From NCBI GenBank assembly GCA_035652535.1, contig DASRDP010000082.1, forward strand, positions 52,384 to 116,383: a stretch of 64,000 nt of DNA, written 5' to 3'. The translations under genes were made by a program, and so were the position numbers. A model generated the notes under the pieces. That model was not told the DNA's origin and made no database searches. It was given only the letters and a program-made list of their open reading frames with translations. The stretch comes from Chloroflexota bacterium. Lineage in GTDB: Bacteria; Chloroflexota; UBA6077; SHYK01. Position 1 is the first letter of the stretch; each line of letters starts with the position of its first letter. Of the stretch, positions 1 to 9,362 are shown piece by piece.

Positions 1-831
1 TGCGCCTTCCGGCTGCGCAGCGCCATCTAGCGGATCGACCTCGAGGGCGCTCGCCAAAGCCGGGATCTCGAATCCGCCATTCTGGGATCCGTCCGTGTCT
101 GCGTCCGCCTCGTCAACGAGAAAAGCAGCGTCGACCGCGCCGTTCTCCGTGCGCGCTTCCACGGACGCTTCTTGTGCCCCAACAGGCGGCGCGTCCACGA
201 GAACGGCTGGCTCTTCGCCGCCAGAACCGTCGAGCCCTTCCTCTGGGAGCCCGTCCTCGGGGCCAACCGCAACGAGCCCCACGGCGGTGGCCTCGCCGGG
301 CTCCGGGTTCGCCTCCTCCGCCGTCACGACCGGCGCCGCGACACCCACGAGCCAGCTGCACAGGCGAAACAGCGAGTCCGTCTCTGGAGTATCTCCGTCA
401 TCAGCACCCACGTAGATGAACCGGATGACGCCGGACTTATCGACGATAAAAGCGGCGGGGCGGGTGACGCCGATGCCGTGCCACGAGAGCGCCTGATATA
501 CCCCATAGTCCCGCGCGGCCTCACGCGCCTCATCGGCGAGGATGGGGAACGGAATCGCATAGGATCCGAGGCGCCCCTGGAGGCTCTTCCCGCTTTGCGT
601 GATGAGGACGACGACTTCGACGTCGATCGCCAGGAACTGTTCGTAGATCGCGTTGATCTCGCCTACTTGCCGCCGCGTCGCCGGCGACCACGCCCCGGGG
701 GCGAAGAGAAGCAGGACGCTCCGTTCCGCCAGGATGTCCGCCAGGCGAACGGTCTCTCCATCGAGCCCCGCGAGCGAAACGAGCGGGGCGAGGTCCCCGA
801 TACGCAAGGTTGTTGACGCGAGCTTCGATGT
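1..831 (-). CDS. Peroxiredoxin-like (AhpC/TSA/redoxin fold) protein with acidic low-complexity C-terminal extension. Partial: C-terminus runs off the window start. GTG start at ~831.
   Basis: Hand translation of the minus frame gives '...LLLFAPGAWSPATRRQVGEINAIYEQF...AIPFPILADEAREAARDYGVY...AAFIVDKSGVIRFIYVG', a Prx/Bcp-like layout. There is no ATG in the frame, so it is absent from the ORF track. The frame stays open to coordinate 1. Confidence 0.5.
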
Positions 832-849
832 CACGCAGCGGGTACCGTT

Positions 850-1605
850 TTACGCGTAGCGTCGCTCCAGAGACTCGATTTCGGCTTCCAGGGCAGGAAT
901 GCCCTCCTCGTCCGCGCCCGAGATTTTATATCCGCGCTCGACGTAGAGCTGCGCCAGCCGCGCTCCCGTCGCACCTGGTCGCCGCGCCGCCTCGATCAGC
1001 TCTTTCGCGCGGTACTTTGGGGGAAGATAGGCGGCAATGGCGCGCATCTCCGCGCACGTCGCGTCGACCTGCGCCGCGTCACCGCCGTCGACCGCGTAGC
1101 GAACGGTGCCCAGCCGGCGGGCGATCTCTTCGATCCGTTCGCGCTCCGACAACACGCTGTAGAGCAGCGCCATCCCCTCGTACTGGTCGGACGGCGTCCG
1201 CCTCTCCGCGCGCACCGGTTCCGGCGCACGAGAGAGCCCGGCCTCGTACGCCTTTGCGTAGGCCTCGCCGATCTCGGCCACGCGGGAGATGAGCGTCGCG
1301 GGCTCCGCGCTAACGGCGCCTTGATCGACGAGAACGTCGTCGCCGCGCAGCTCCGCGAGCCTGCGCAATTCCGCGAGGTCGTAGCGCTCCGGGACGGGCG
1401 GAATGGGGAAAAATGACGCTTGCCCGACGAGGCCCGCTGATCCAAGACTCGACGCGAGCAGCGGCGGGACGTACCGCGCGAAGTCAAATGGGACTGGGGA
1501 CACTACGAGATAGGTCGCGATGATCTCAGCGCCGCTCTCGAAGTAAAGAAACGTATGCCCAACGGGCCGCTCGGGGTCGCCGCGCTCGAAGGTGAGCGTG
1601 ACCAT
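850..1605 (-). CDS. hypothetical protein
   Basis: 251-aa ORF with non-degenerate composition and no recognisable motif. Confidence 0.55.
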   Translation of the reverse strand: MVTLTFERGDPERPVGHTFLYFESGAEIIATYLVVSPVPFDFARYVPPLLASSLGSAGLVGQASFFPIPPVPERYDLAELRRLAELRGDDVLVDQGAVSAEPATLISRVAEIGEAYAKAYEAGLSRAPEPVRAERRTPSDQYEGMALLYSVLSERERIEEIARRLGTVRYAVDGGDAAQVDATCAEMRAIAAYLPPKYRAKELIEAARRPGATGARLAQLYVERGYKISGADEEGIPALEAEIESLERRYA

Positions 1606-1690
1606 ACACGTGTCCTTACGTAAGCCAAGTCACTCCGCGATTATTCTACGACCTCGGCCGCTGGGACCGCTCCGAGCTTCGCGGCGGCGT

Positions 1691-2416
1691 TCAGCTGTTC
1701 GAGCGCCCGTCGTCCACGCCGAGCTGCCAGAACATGCGACAGAGCAGCGCCGACGGCACATGGCGTTCCACCGCTTCAAACGCGGCCTGGAACGGGACCG
1801 GTGCCAGTCGGTACAGGTAGGGCGAGAACAGAAAGCACGGCTCGGTGTGCAGCACGCGAAGCCCAAGCCGTCCCGCCAGGGAACGCACCTCGCCTGGCGG
1901 ATGCCGATAGACGAGGCCTCCCCATTGGCGTGCGCCAAGAGGGATGACCGAGCGCGGGGTCCACGTGTAGGTATCGAAGACGAGCGTTCCACCGCGGTGG
2001 ACCAGGCGGCGCATCTCCGTGAGGAGCGGCGCGAGGTCCGCCCAGTGGAAAGCGAACCGCGTGGACACGACGGCCGCGAACGTGCCATCGGCAAACGGCG
2101 TCGCGAACGCGTCGCCGATCACGACCGGAACGCCGGTTCCCGCCGTCTTGGCGGCCATTGGCTTTGAGTAATCGAGCCCGACGACAGGCTGCCCTCGCTC
2201 CGCAATCGACCGCGTCAACCGGCCCGTGCCACATGCGAGGTCCAGCACCCGTCCCGCCATTGGAAGCATGTGGAGCGCGATGGCGATCTCTCGCGCGCTC
2301 ACCCGGGCGCCGCTCGCCCCTCCAAACCGCTGGTCGTCGTAGGAGTCCGCGACCTCGCGCCGGCTGTAGAACGCGCGCTTGCCGCCGTCGGCAGCGCGCT
2401 GCGTGGGCGCGCTCAT
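1691..2416 (-). CDS. class I SAM-dependent methyltransferase
   Basis: Motif I 'VLDLACGTGRLT', then 'VVGLDYS' and an 'FD' acidic motif. Confidence 0.8.
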   Translation of the reverse strand: MSAPTQRAADGGKRAFYSRREVADSYDDQRFGGASGARVSAREIAIALHMLPMAGRVLDLACGTGRLTRSIAERGQPVVGLDYSKPMAAKTAGTGVPVVIGDAFATPFADGTFAAVVSTRFAFHWADLAPLLTEMRRLVHRGGTLVFDTYTWTPRSVIPLGARQWGGLVYRHPPGEVRSLAGRLGLRVLHTEPCFLFSPYLYRLAPVPFQAAFEAVERHVPSALLCRMFWQLGVDDGRSNS

Positions 2417-2517
2417 GATGTGATGGTGTCGGTGCGGGCGGCATCTGCCCCGCGCGTGAGGTCGTGATCGCGACTCGATCTCGGGTGTTGGAGCTTCGGC
2501 ATGGCCGTCCTCGGACG

Positions 2518-3720
2518 TCAGAGCGCGCCGAGGGCGTGATACGGCTGCCCCGCCAGCGCCGCCTCGTACACGGCCGTGTAGCGATGAATGAGCGCGGCCC
2601 CATTGAAGCGAACGTCCATCGCTGCGCGCGCGGCCGTTTGCAGGCTCGCCCGGCGATCGGCGTCGACCAGGAGATCGGTGATCCGGTCGGCCAGGCTGGA
2701 TGGGTCGCCGGGCTCAGCCAAGGTGGCAGTCGCGCCGCCGTCGGCTAATTCCCGCAGCAACGGAAGATCGGACGTGACGATCGCGGCTCCCGTCCACATG
2801 GCTTCCAGTACGGTGCCCGGATACGCCGCCTGCCCAATGGAAAACCGATAGGGCAGGGCAACGACGTCCGCGGCCGCGTAGACCTGCGACACGTCCGACC
2901 GCCCGAGGTGAATCACGCTGTTCCCAATTCCGGCAGCGGCAATGGCCGCCTCGACTCTTGCTCGATTGCCGATTCCGCTCCAGGCCAGCACCAATCGAGC
3001 ATCGGGAATCCGCGTGCGCACGCGCTTGAACGCTTCCAGGAGGACGTCGTGGCCCTTCACGTCATGATAGTGGCCGACAAACGCGACGATGGGGACTGAC
3101 GCGTCCACGTCGAGCCCAAGAGCGCGCCGCGCCTCGCTTCGGTTCCAGCGGGCCAGCTTGGATTCGTCGATGAGATTGGGGATCACCTCCACGCGCGGGG
3201 GTGCGTATCCAAGTCGGTGGAGCTCCTCGCGCTGAAACTCGCTGCTCACCACGTATCGGCTCGCTCGGTGCAGGGTCATGCGGGCCAAGAGCCCGTTGTT
3301 CACGATGAGCCGCGGTCCGTAGAACTCCGGCGCTCGCAGCAGCCGACGCGCAACGGCCGGGAACGCGACGAGGTGGGCCTCGTACCCCACGATCATCGGG
3401 CGCCGCGTGAGAAGCTGGACCGCATCGGCGAGCGCGCTAAACGCCGGCGTTGGCACGTTGAAGTGCAGGACGTCGCACTCTCGCGCCGCCGCGGCGACCG
3501 CGCTCACGATCCGCCCGATTCGAACGGCCTTGGGCGCCAGGGACAGGCCGTCGCCCACGTCTGCGACCCATCGCCGGCCCGCGCGGAGTTCCTCGGATCG
3601 AAATGCCGAGATCAGGACGACCTGATGGCCGAGGCTCTCGAGACGCGACTGGAGCGCGACCAACGCTTCGATTTGGCCGCTCAGCATCCGCGGGTGGACG
3701 GACGCGAGGCAGATCTTCAT
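2518..3720 (-). CDS. glycosyltransferase family 4 (GT-B, group 1)
   Basis: GT4 C-terminal signature '...EAMWTGAAIVTSDLPLLRELADGG...' with typical N-terminal acceptor domain. Confidence 0.85.
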   Translation of the reverse strand: MKICLASVHPRMLSGQIEALVALQSRLESLGHQVVLISAFRSEELRAGRRWVADVGDGLSLAPKAVRIGRIVSAVAAAARECDVLHFNVPTPAFSALADAVQLLTRRPMIVGYEAHLVAFPAVARRLLRAPEFYGPRLIVNNGLLARMTLHRASRYVVSSEFQREELHRLGYAPPRVEVIPNLIDESKLARWNRSEARRALGLDVDASVPIVAFVGHYHDVKGHDVLLEAFKRVRTRIPDARLVLAWSGIGNRARVEAAIAAAGIGNSVIHLGRSDVSQVYAAADVVALPYRFSIGQAAYPGTVLEAMWTGAAIVTSDLPLLRELADGGATATLAEPGDPSSLADRITDLLVDADRRASLQTAARAAMDVRFNGAALIHRYTAVYEAALAGQPYHALGAL

Positions 3721-4787
3721 CCTGTTCGACGTCCCGGTGATGGCGGCGTCGGGTCAGTCGATCCCGGCCACGGATCCGCGCCCCGCAAGTCGATGCTGGC
3801 GATAAGGAGGATGAGCCCGGCCGCGACCCACATCCAGAAGGTCAGGAACCGCGCGATGAGCGTTCCCGCCAGGGCGGCCGCCGCGGTCACGCCAAAGCGT
3901 GTGAGGAGGAGGGTGATGCTCGTCTCGACGATACCGATGCCGCCCGGCAGCATCGAGAGACCGCCGATGGCGCCCGAGGAGTTCAGCGCAAAAACGCCCG
4001 CCAGCGCCGGCAACTGGATGCCCAACGCCCAGACGGCCCACGCGAGGCACATGCCGTCGCAGGTTCGCGCCGCAAGGCTCAGCGCCATGCTCCTGGTCAG
4101 GAGGGCCGGGCGAAGAAGGTCAAGGCTTCCCGCGAGGGCCATCACGGCCCACGACGCCATACGGCGCCCGAGGCGAAAGCGCCCCACCGCCCGAAGGACG
4201 ACGGTCGCAACGTCGTCCGGCCGGGCTCGGTGAAGGAGGAACACGGCGAAGGCTCCGGCAATCCCGACCCCGATCAATGTGCGCGCGCTGGCGGATATGG
4301 AGTCTGCGAGCCCGGGGAGCATGGCGGCGGCGGTGAGTGCGAGGAGCGCAAAGGCGATGGCGTCCATTCCCTTCTCGAAGAGGACGATGGGCGCGGTGCG
4401 CGCCATCGGGACGCCCGTCCGTTGCTCGATGAGGTGGCACTTGTAGATTTCGCCGACCTTGCCCGGGGTCATCGTCATGCTGAAGCCGACCAGCCACGCA
4501 TGCATGCTCGTTTTGATGGGCGGCCGCGCTCCGACGGCGCCGAGAAAGGCGTGCCATCGCAGGGTCCGCAGGCCGGCGCTCACCAGGGCGAAGCCCACGG
4601 AGGGAGCGAGCAAGGGCAGGCTCAGCGCCCAGACACCTCCAACCTGGCGCGCCTGCCACCAGAGGGTGCCGACGGCCAGGGCGAGGCTCGCCGCCACCCA
4701 GAGGGAAGCGGCCAAGACCGCGCGCTGACCCAACGACCCGTTGGCTCGCACCCGGGCGACGGCGCCATCGTGCGCGCGCCGATTCAT
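3717..4787 (-). CDS. UPF0104 / lysylphosphatidylglycerol-synthase-TM (MprF flippase-like) integral membrane protein
   Basis: Multi-pass hydrophobic protein with 'PGKVGEIYKCHLIEQRTGVP' motif. Its start overlaps the GT4 stop by 4 nt. Confidence 0.7.
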   Translation of the reverse strand: MNRRAHDGAVARVRANGSLGQRAVLAASLWVAASLALAVGTLWWQARQVGGVWALSLPLLAPSVGFALVSAGLRTLRWHAFLGAVGARPPIKTSMHAWLVGFSMTMTPGKVGEIYKCHLIEQRTGVPMARTAPIVLFEKGMDAIAFALLALTAAAMLPGLADSISASARTLIGVGIAGAFAVFLLHRARPDDVATVVLRAVGRFRLGRRMASWAVMALAGSLDLLRPALLTRSMALSLAARTCDGMCLAWAVWALGIQLPALAGVFALNSSGAIGGLSMLPGGIGIVETSITLLLTRFGVTAAAALAGTLIARFLTFWMWVAAGLILLIASIDLRGADPWPGSTDPTPPSPGRRTG

Positions 4788-4788
4788 C

Positions 4789-6876
4789 TCACAGACCTCC
4801 CGCGTCGTCGCTGGAGCGGATGGCGACGGCCACGTGGTTGGCCTGGGCCCACGAATCCAGGCGTCGTTCGAGAGCGGACGCCATCAATGGCGCATCGGTA
4901 ATGAGATTGCGTGCCTCCTTAGGGTCCGTGTCGATGTTGTACAGCTCGCGCTCGCCCGTCTCGCGGTTGACGATGAGCTTCCATCCGTCCGCCGCGTTGA
5001 TGGCGACTTGCGAATCGTCGCCAAGCACCGTAATGGCCACACGGTCGGAACCGTCCTCCGCTCCCCGCATCAGGGGGACGATGCTCCGCCCTTGTGCCTG
5101 GGCCGGCCTGGGAAGGTCCAACAGGTCCAGAATCGTTGGCATGATGTCGATGTGCTGGATCGGCGCGGTGAGCACCTGATGCCCGCGTGTGGAGCGGGGA
5201 TCGTAGATTACGAGCGGCACCTGAATCCCCGGGGTGTAGACGTCGTCGCCGTGGAGCCAGTACATCCCGTCGGTCCACGACGTCCCGCGCTCGCCAAGGC
5301 TCTCGCCGTGGTCCGCGGTCACCACGACGATGGTGTTGTCCAGCATGCCCTGGCGGCCCATGTACCCCAGCACCTGGCCGATGTAGTGGTCGGTGTAGCT
5401 CACCTCGGACGCGTACATGGCTCGCAGAAACTCGACGTCGCGCGGCGTCGGATTGAATACGCCCGCGCGCATCTCGTACACGAACCCCATCCCACCATCG
5501 TAGGGGCCGTCGTAATCGCGACCGCCGTCGTAGAGCTGGTCCCAGGGCTCGGGTGCGGTCCACGGATAGTGCGGGTCGAAAAAGTGGACCCAAAGGAAGA
5601 AGTGTTCGTCGCCGTGGCTCTTCAGCCAACTGATCGTCGCCGAAGCGGAGAGGTCCGCGCGCCCATCGATCTCCGCCTCCGTTCCCTGGCGCATCCCTAG
5701 CACCGACTCGACGGCCCCACCCAGGGCGACCTGCTCGGTCACGCGCCGATATACGCCCGCCAGCGCGGCCGTCGCCGGGTTCTTCATCGCCTCCGGCTCG
5801 TTCAAGACGAAGGCCTCGTACGTCTCGAAGCCCTGCTGAAATCCGGAAAAAGCGGGCTCGAGACTCGTCCATGGGAGCACGGCGGCTGTAGTGAATCCGT
5901 GGCGTTTCAGCTCTTTCGCCAGCGTATCGAACGAGTCCGAGAGGCGGTCCACCATGTGCCGGCGGACGCCGTTGACGGCGGGGTAGGTCGACGTCATGAG
6001 CGACGCGAGCGCGGGGTTCGTCTGCGGCTGCTCCGTGTACGTCGTACACGAGACCACCGAGTAGCTGGCGAGCATGTCCAGCCAGGGTGTCCGCATCTCG
6101 TCGTTTCCGCAGAAGCCCAGATGATCGGCGCGAAGGGCGTCCACCGTGATCAACAGCACATTCGGCTCCGTCTGCGGGCGGGCGCCTCGCCGAACGAAGC
6201 GCATGGCGAGGGCGTTGGTGAGATCCACGGACGGATCGACCTGGAGAGCGTCGACGTCGGCCGGCTGCATTGCGTCGACGGTTTCGTCGCGCATGCTGGC
6301 GCTTTCGCGCGCCTCCAGCACGACCTGAACGGGGAACACGGCGCCCAGCACGATGGTGCCGACAATCCCGAGCGTTGCCACGCGCCGAACGGAGGATAGC
6401 AACGCGGTGGCGTAGCCCCGGGCGAGCCACTGGACCACGGCACCGAACCCGAGCGAGATGACCAGAATGAGGAAGAGCTGCGGCAGCGGAATGCCGGCGC
6501 TTCGGTCCGCGCCGTTCGCGCGAAACGCCCAGACACTGCCGACGGCGAACATCGTCGTCACCGCGGCGGCGCTCACGAAGAGCGCGTCTCCCGTTCGGGC
6601 GCTGACTTGTCGGCGCATGAGCCGGAGTACGACCGCGAGCGCCGACGCGATGACCGCCGTAATCCCTGCGCATGCCAGGCCATTGACGACGATTGCATAC
6701 AGGGCCGCCTCATTCAGAGCAGCGCGCGCGGACGGCGCGTCGCGGATGATGGAAAGCGCCTCGATTCCCCCAGCCAGAAGCCCCCCGATGAGCCCCAGGA
6801 GGAGGCCGCGAGTGAATCCGATCCAAATTGTTCGCAGCACGTGACTACCGATTGTCCGTATCATGAGCGCGCGCAA
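4789..6876 (-). CDS. membrane-anchored sulfatase-family (alkaline phosphatase superfamily) transferase, LtaS/EptA-like
   Basis: N-terminal TM helices, then 'LLITVDALRADHLGF' and 'VVVTADHGESLGERG' metal-binding motifs. No C-x-P-x-R FGly motif, and a Thr-rich nucleophile region 'VSCTTYT'. TTG at 6876, or ATG 12 nt downstream. Confidence 0.75.
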   Translation of the reverse strand: MRALMIRTIGSHVLRTIWIGFTRGLLLGLIGGLLAGGIEALSIIRDAPSARAALNEAALYAIVVNGLACAGITAVIASALAVVLRLMRRQVSARTGDALFVSAAAVTTMFAVGSVWAFRANGADRSAGIPLPQLFLILVISLGFGAVVQWLARGYATALLSSVRRVATLGIVGTIVLGAVFPVQVVLEARESASMRDETVDAMQPADVDALQVDPSVDLTNALAMRFVRRGARPQTEPNVLLITVDALRADHLGFCGNDEMRTPWLDMLASYSVVSCTTYTEQPQTNPALASLMTSTYPAVNGVRRHMVDRLSDSFDTLAKELKRHGFTTAAVLPWTSLEPAFSGFQQGFETYEAFVLNEPEAMKNPATAALAGVYRRVTEQVALGGAVESVLGMRQGTEAEIDGRADLSASATISWLKSHGDEHFFLWVHFFDPHYPWTAPEPWDQLYDGGRDYDGPYDGGMGFVYEMRAGVFNPTPRDVEFLRAMYASEVSYTDHYIGQVLGYMGRQGMLDNTIVVVTADHGESLGERGTSWTDGMYWLHGDDVYTPGIQVPLVIYDPRSTRGHQVLTAPIQHIDIMPTILDLLDLPRPAQAQGRSIVPLMRGAEDGSDRVAITVLGDDSQVAINAADGWKLIVNRETGERELYNIDTDPKEARNLITDAPLMASALERRLDSWAQANHVAVAIRSSDDAGGL

Positions 6877-6922
6877 GACGCGCCCATGGCGGGAGCCGTA
6901 TTGCCATAACCCTACCAGACCT

Positions 6923-6951
6923 GATTAAGAACGGATTAAGCTTCGTTAATC
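6923..6951. promoter_or_regulatory. AT-rich repeat element GATTAAG-N4-GATTAAG-N5-TTAATC in divergent intergenic region
   Basis: Two direct GATTAAG copies plus the inverted copy TTAATC inside the 188-bp divergent region between the sulfatase-family gene and the M23 peptidase. Confidence 0.35.
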
Positions 6952-7064
6952 TTGCGCCACGGCCCGTATCGAGGGCGCGAGCCCGCCGTGCGCTCGCCCG
7001 GTTCAGCGCGCTCGTCGCGACGGTAGGATTCGCGGCCACGTCTTCTGGGTCCCGTCCGCTCGTT

Positions 7065-7838
7065 GTGCGGGGTATGCTCCCGGCCGCTTCGCACGGGCCG
7101 GTGTCCGTTGCGGCCGGCCTTGCCGCCACTCCCGCGCCCGAGCCGTCGCCCGCCGCCGGAGCGCCGCTCACCGGCTACCACCTCCCCTGGCGCGCCGGAG
7201 ACACCGCCATCGTGACCCAGATCGACAATGCGAGCACCGACCACGTCGATCAGGTCGACTTCATCCTGGACGACGGGGACGTGTACGCGGCGAAGCCGGG
7301 GACCGTGGTGTACGTGAAGCAGAGCAGCAACGCTGGATGTCAATATCCACCGCGCCTCTCTGAGTGCTGGCGCAAAGCCAATGCCATCGTCATCAAGCAC
7401 GGCCCCAACGAGTACTCGTGGTACGTGCACATCGCGTACCGAAGCGCGACCGTCTCGGTGGGGCAGGACGTCGGGTACGGGACGCCGATCGCCAGGCAGG
7501 GATCGACCGGCTACACCTGCAATGCGGACTGTAGCGGCCCTGGCCCTCACCTGCACTTCATGGTGTCGAGGGCGCACGATGTGGGATCGCATTGTGATGC
7601 GTTCGGGTGCTGGCCGGACCCAAACGATCCGGACGACGTCGCCTGGGGGGTCGATATGGTCCCGGTCGACTTCGCCGAGGCCGGGTGGATAGACCTGGCG
7701 CCCGGGCAGCGCTATCGGTCCACGAATGCCGTGGCCAATGCCGCCCCCATTCCGAGCCCAAACGCATCCGGGGCTGCCATGACCAACCCGGTTGACCCTC
7801 TGGGTTCCTCAGTCGACGCCGAAAATCGTTCACGATGA
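7065..7838 (+). CDS. M23 family metallopeptidase (LytM-like)
   Basis: 'DHVDQVDF' (HxxxD) and 'GSTG...GPHLHF' motifs. Cys-containing insertion 'YTCNADCSGPG' inside the catalytic segment. Confidence 0.8.
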   Translation: MRGMLPAASHGPVSVAAGLAATPAPEPSPAAGAPLTGYHLPWRAGDTAIVTQIDNASTDHVDQVDFILDDGDVYAAKPGTVVYVKQSSNAGCQYPPRLSECWRKANAIVIKHGPNEYSWYVHIAYRSATVSVGQDVGYGTPIARQGSTGYTCNADCSGPGPHLHFMVSRAHDVGSHCDAFGCWPDPNDPDDVAWGVDMVPVDFAEAGWIDLAPGQRYRSTNAVANAAPIPSPNASGAAMTNPVDPLGSSVDAENRSR

Positions 7839-7890
7839 GCTGGTGGAATGTCTCGCCAGGAGCCGCGTTCGCGCGCTGTACGGGATCCTG

Positions 7891-9360
7891 CTAAGGCGTG
7901 TGAAGGGCCCGGCTCGGTTGCCGCGCGTTCTCGGGAGGGAGCCCGGCGGACGCCTGCTCGCCCTCGGCTCGCGCCAGGAGCGAAATGGCGCCAAGTCGGA
8001 TCAAGAACGTGGTTCCCTCGCCCAGCCGCGTATCGACACTGATCGTCGCATCGTGCTCGGCAGCGATCCACTGGGCGATCGCCAGCCCCAGGCCGGTCCC
8101 GCCGCTGGCTCGGCTCGTGGGTGACCGATAGAAGCGCTCGAAAATGTGGGGGAGATCGTCCGGCGCGATGCCGGAGCCCGTATCGCGCACGCGAAGCGCC
8201 GCGGTCCCATCCTCGCGGATCAGGCTTAGGGCCACCGCTCCTTCCTCTGTGTACTTGACACTGTTCTCCACGAGAATCAGGAGGAGCTGCTTGAGCGCGT
8301 CCGCGTTGCCCAACACTTCCACCGGATCCACGCGGTCCAGCTCGATGGCGACCCGATGGGGCAGCGCCTGGGCCTCGCGATGGACCGTCCGGAGGACCTC
8401 GTCGAGCCTCACCGGCGACCGATCGAGCGCCTGACCCGCGTCGGCGCGCGCCAACGCCAGGAGCCCGTGCACGAGGCGCGACATTCGGGCCGCTTCGGCC
8501 GTGACGTCGTCCAGCGCGTCGACCATCTCTGGCCGGACGACTGCACCGCTCCGCCGCAGCAGCTCGAGGTTGCCGCGAATCGTGGTCAACGGCGTACGCA
8601 GCTCGTGGGAAGCGTCGGCGACGAATCGGCGCTGGGCCGCAAAGGCGCTGTCGATGCGGTTCATCATGTGGTTAAAGGTGTCGACCAGCCGGGCGATCTC
8701 ATCGCGACTTCCCTCCGGCGGGAGTCGGCGGTCGAGGCGGCCCGACAGGGCGATGTCCCGGGCAGCCTGGGTGATGCGGCCGATGGGCCGCAGCGAAATG
8801 CCTGCGAGGAGCCAAGCGACCCCGACGGAGATCACCAGCAGCACGGCGCCCGCCACGAAGAGCGTGCTGCGCAAGAAGCTGAGGGCGTCCTCCGGCGCTT
8901 CGAGGGACCGGGCGACCTGGATGAATCCGAGCCCTTCCTCCTGCGCCTCATCCAGGGACGTCGTAAAGAGTCGGACGTTCTGACCCTCGATCTTTATCGT
9001 CTCGAAAACGTCCTCGCCATCGCGGGCCCGAGCCAGCGTGGTCGCCCGGAGCGGCAGACGGCGATCCCCCAGCGAGTCGCTGCGCTCGACGATCCCCCCG
9101 TCAGAGTCGAGGATCTGGACGTAGAACGCGGGCGCGGAGAAGACGCTCGGCTGGGGCACCACGCGCTCGCGGGCGCGCGGCGGCAGCGTCGCGCGCGCCT
9201 GGTACACGGTCGTGAGGTTGTGCGCCTGCGACTGCAGCGATTCGTCGATGTCTTCGGCGAGGCTGCGTGCCTCGAGGGCGTAGGTGAGTGCGCTGAGGAG
9301 GCAGATCGCGCCCACGATAATCGTGGCATTCCAGATGGCGAACCGGAGGCGGAGCGGCAT
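7891..9360 (-). CDS. sensor histidine kinase (HAMP-HisKA-HATPase)
   Basis: 'ADASHELRTPLTTIRGNLELL' H-box and 'VRDTGSGIAPDDLPHIFERFYR' G-boxes. Start moved to the internal ATG that sits 2 nt after the RR stop. Confidence 0.85.
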   Translation of the reverse strand: MPLRLRFAIWNATIIVGAICLLSALTYALEARSLAEDIDESLQSQAHNLTTVYQARATLPPRARERVVPQPSVFSAPAFYVQILDSDGGIVERSDSLGDRRLPLRATTLARARDGEDVFETIKIEGQNVRLFTTSLDEAQEEGLGFIQVARSLEAPEDALSFLRSTLFVAGAVLLVISVGVAWLLAGISLRPIGRITQAARDIALSGRLDRRLPPEGSRDEIARLVDTFNHMMNRIDSAFAAQRRFVADASHELRTPLTTIRGNLELLRRSGAVVRPEMVDALDDVTAEAARMSRLVHGLLALARADAGQALDRSPVRLDEVLRTVHREAQALPHRVAIELDRVDPVEVLGNADALKQLLLILVENSVKYTEEGAVALSLIREDGTAALRVRDTGSGIAPDDLPHIFERFYRSPTSRASGGTGLGLAIAQWIAAEHDATISVDTRLGEGTTFLIRLGAISLLARAEGEQASAGLPPENARQPSRALHTP

Positions 9361-9362
9361 GG

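Noticed and set aside
172-816. 214-aa plus-strand ORF at the window start
   Set aside because: Biased composition and no motifs. It is antisense to a much better peroxiredoxin-like reading frame on the minus strand.
4919-6673. 584-aa alternative minus frame inside the sulfatase-family gene
   Set aside because: Extreme Arg/Gly/Pro content. The in-frame neighbour carries all conserved motifs.
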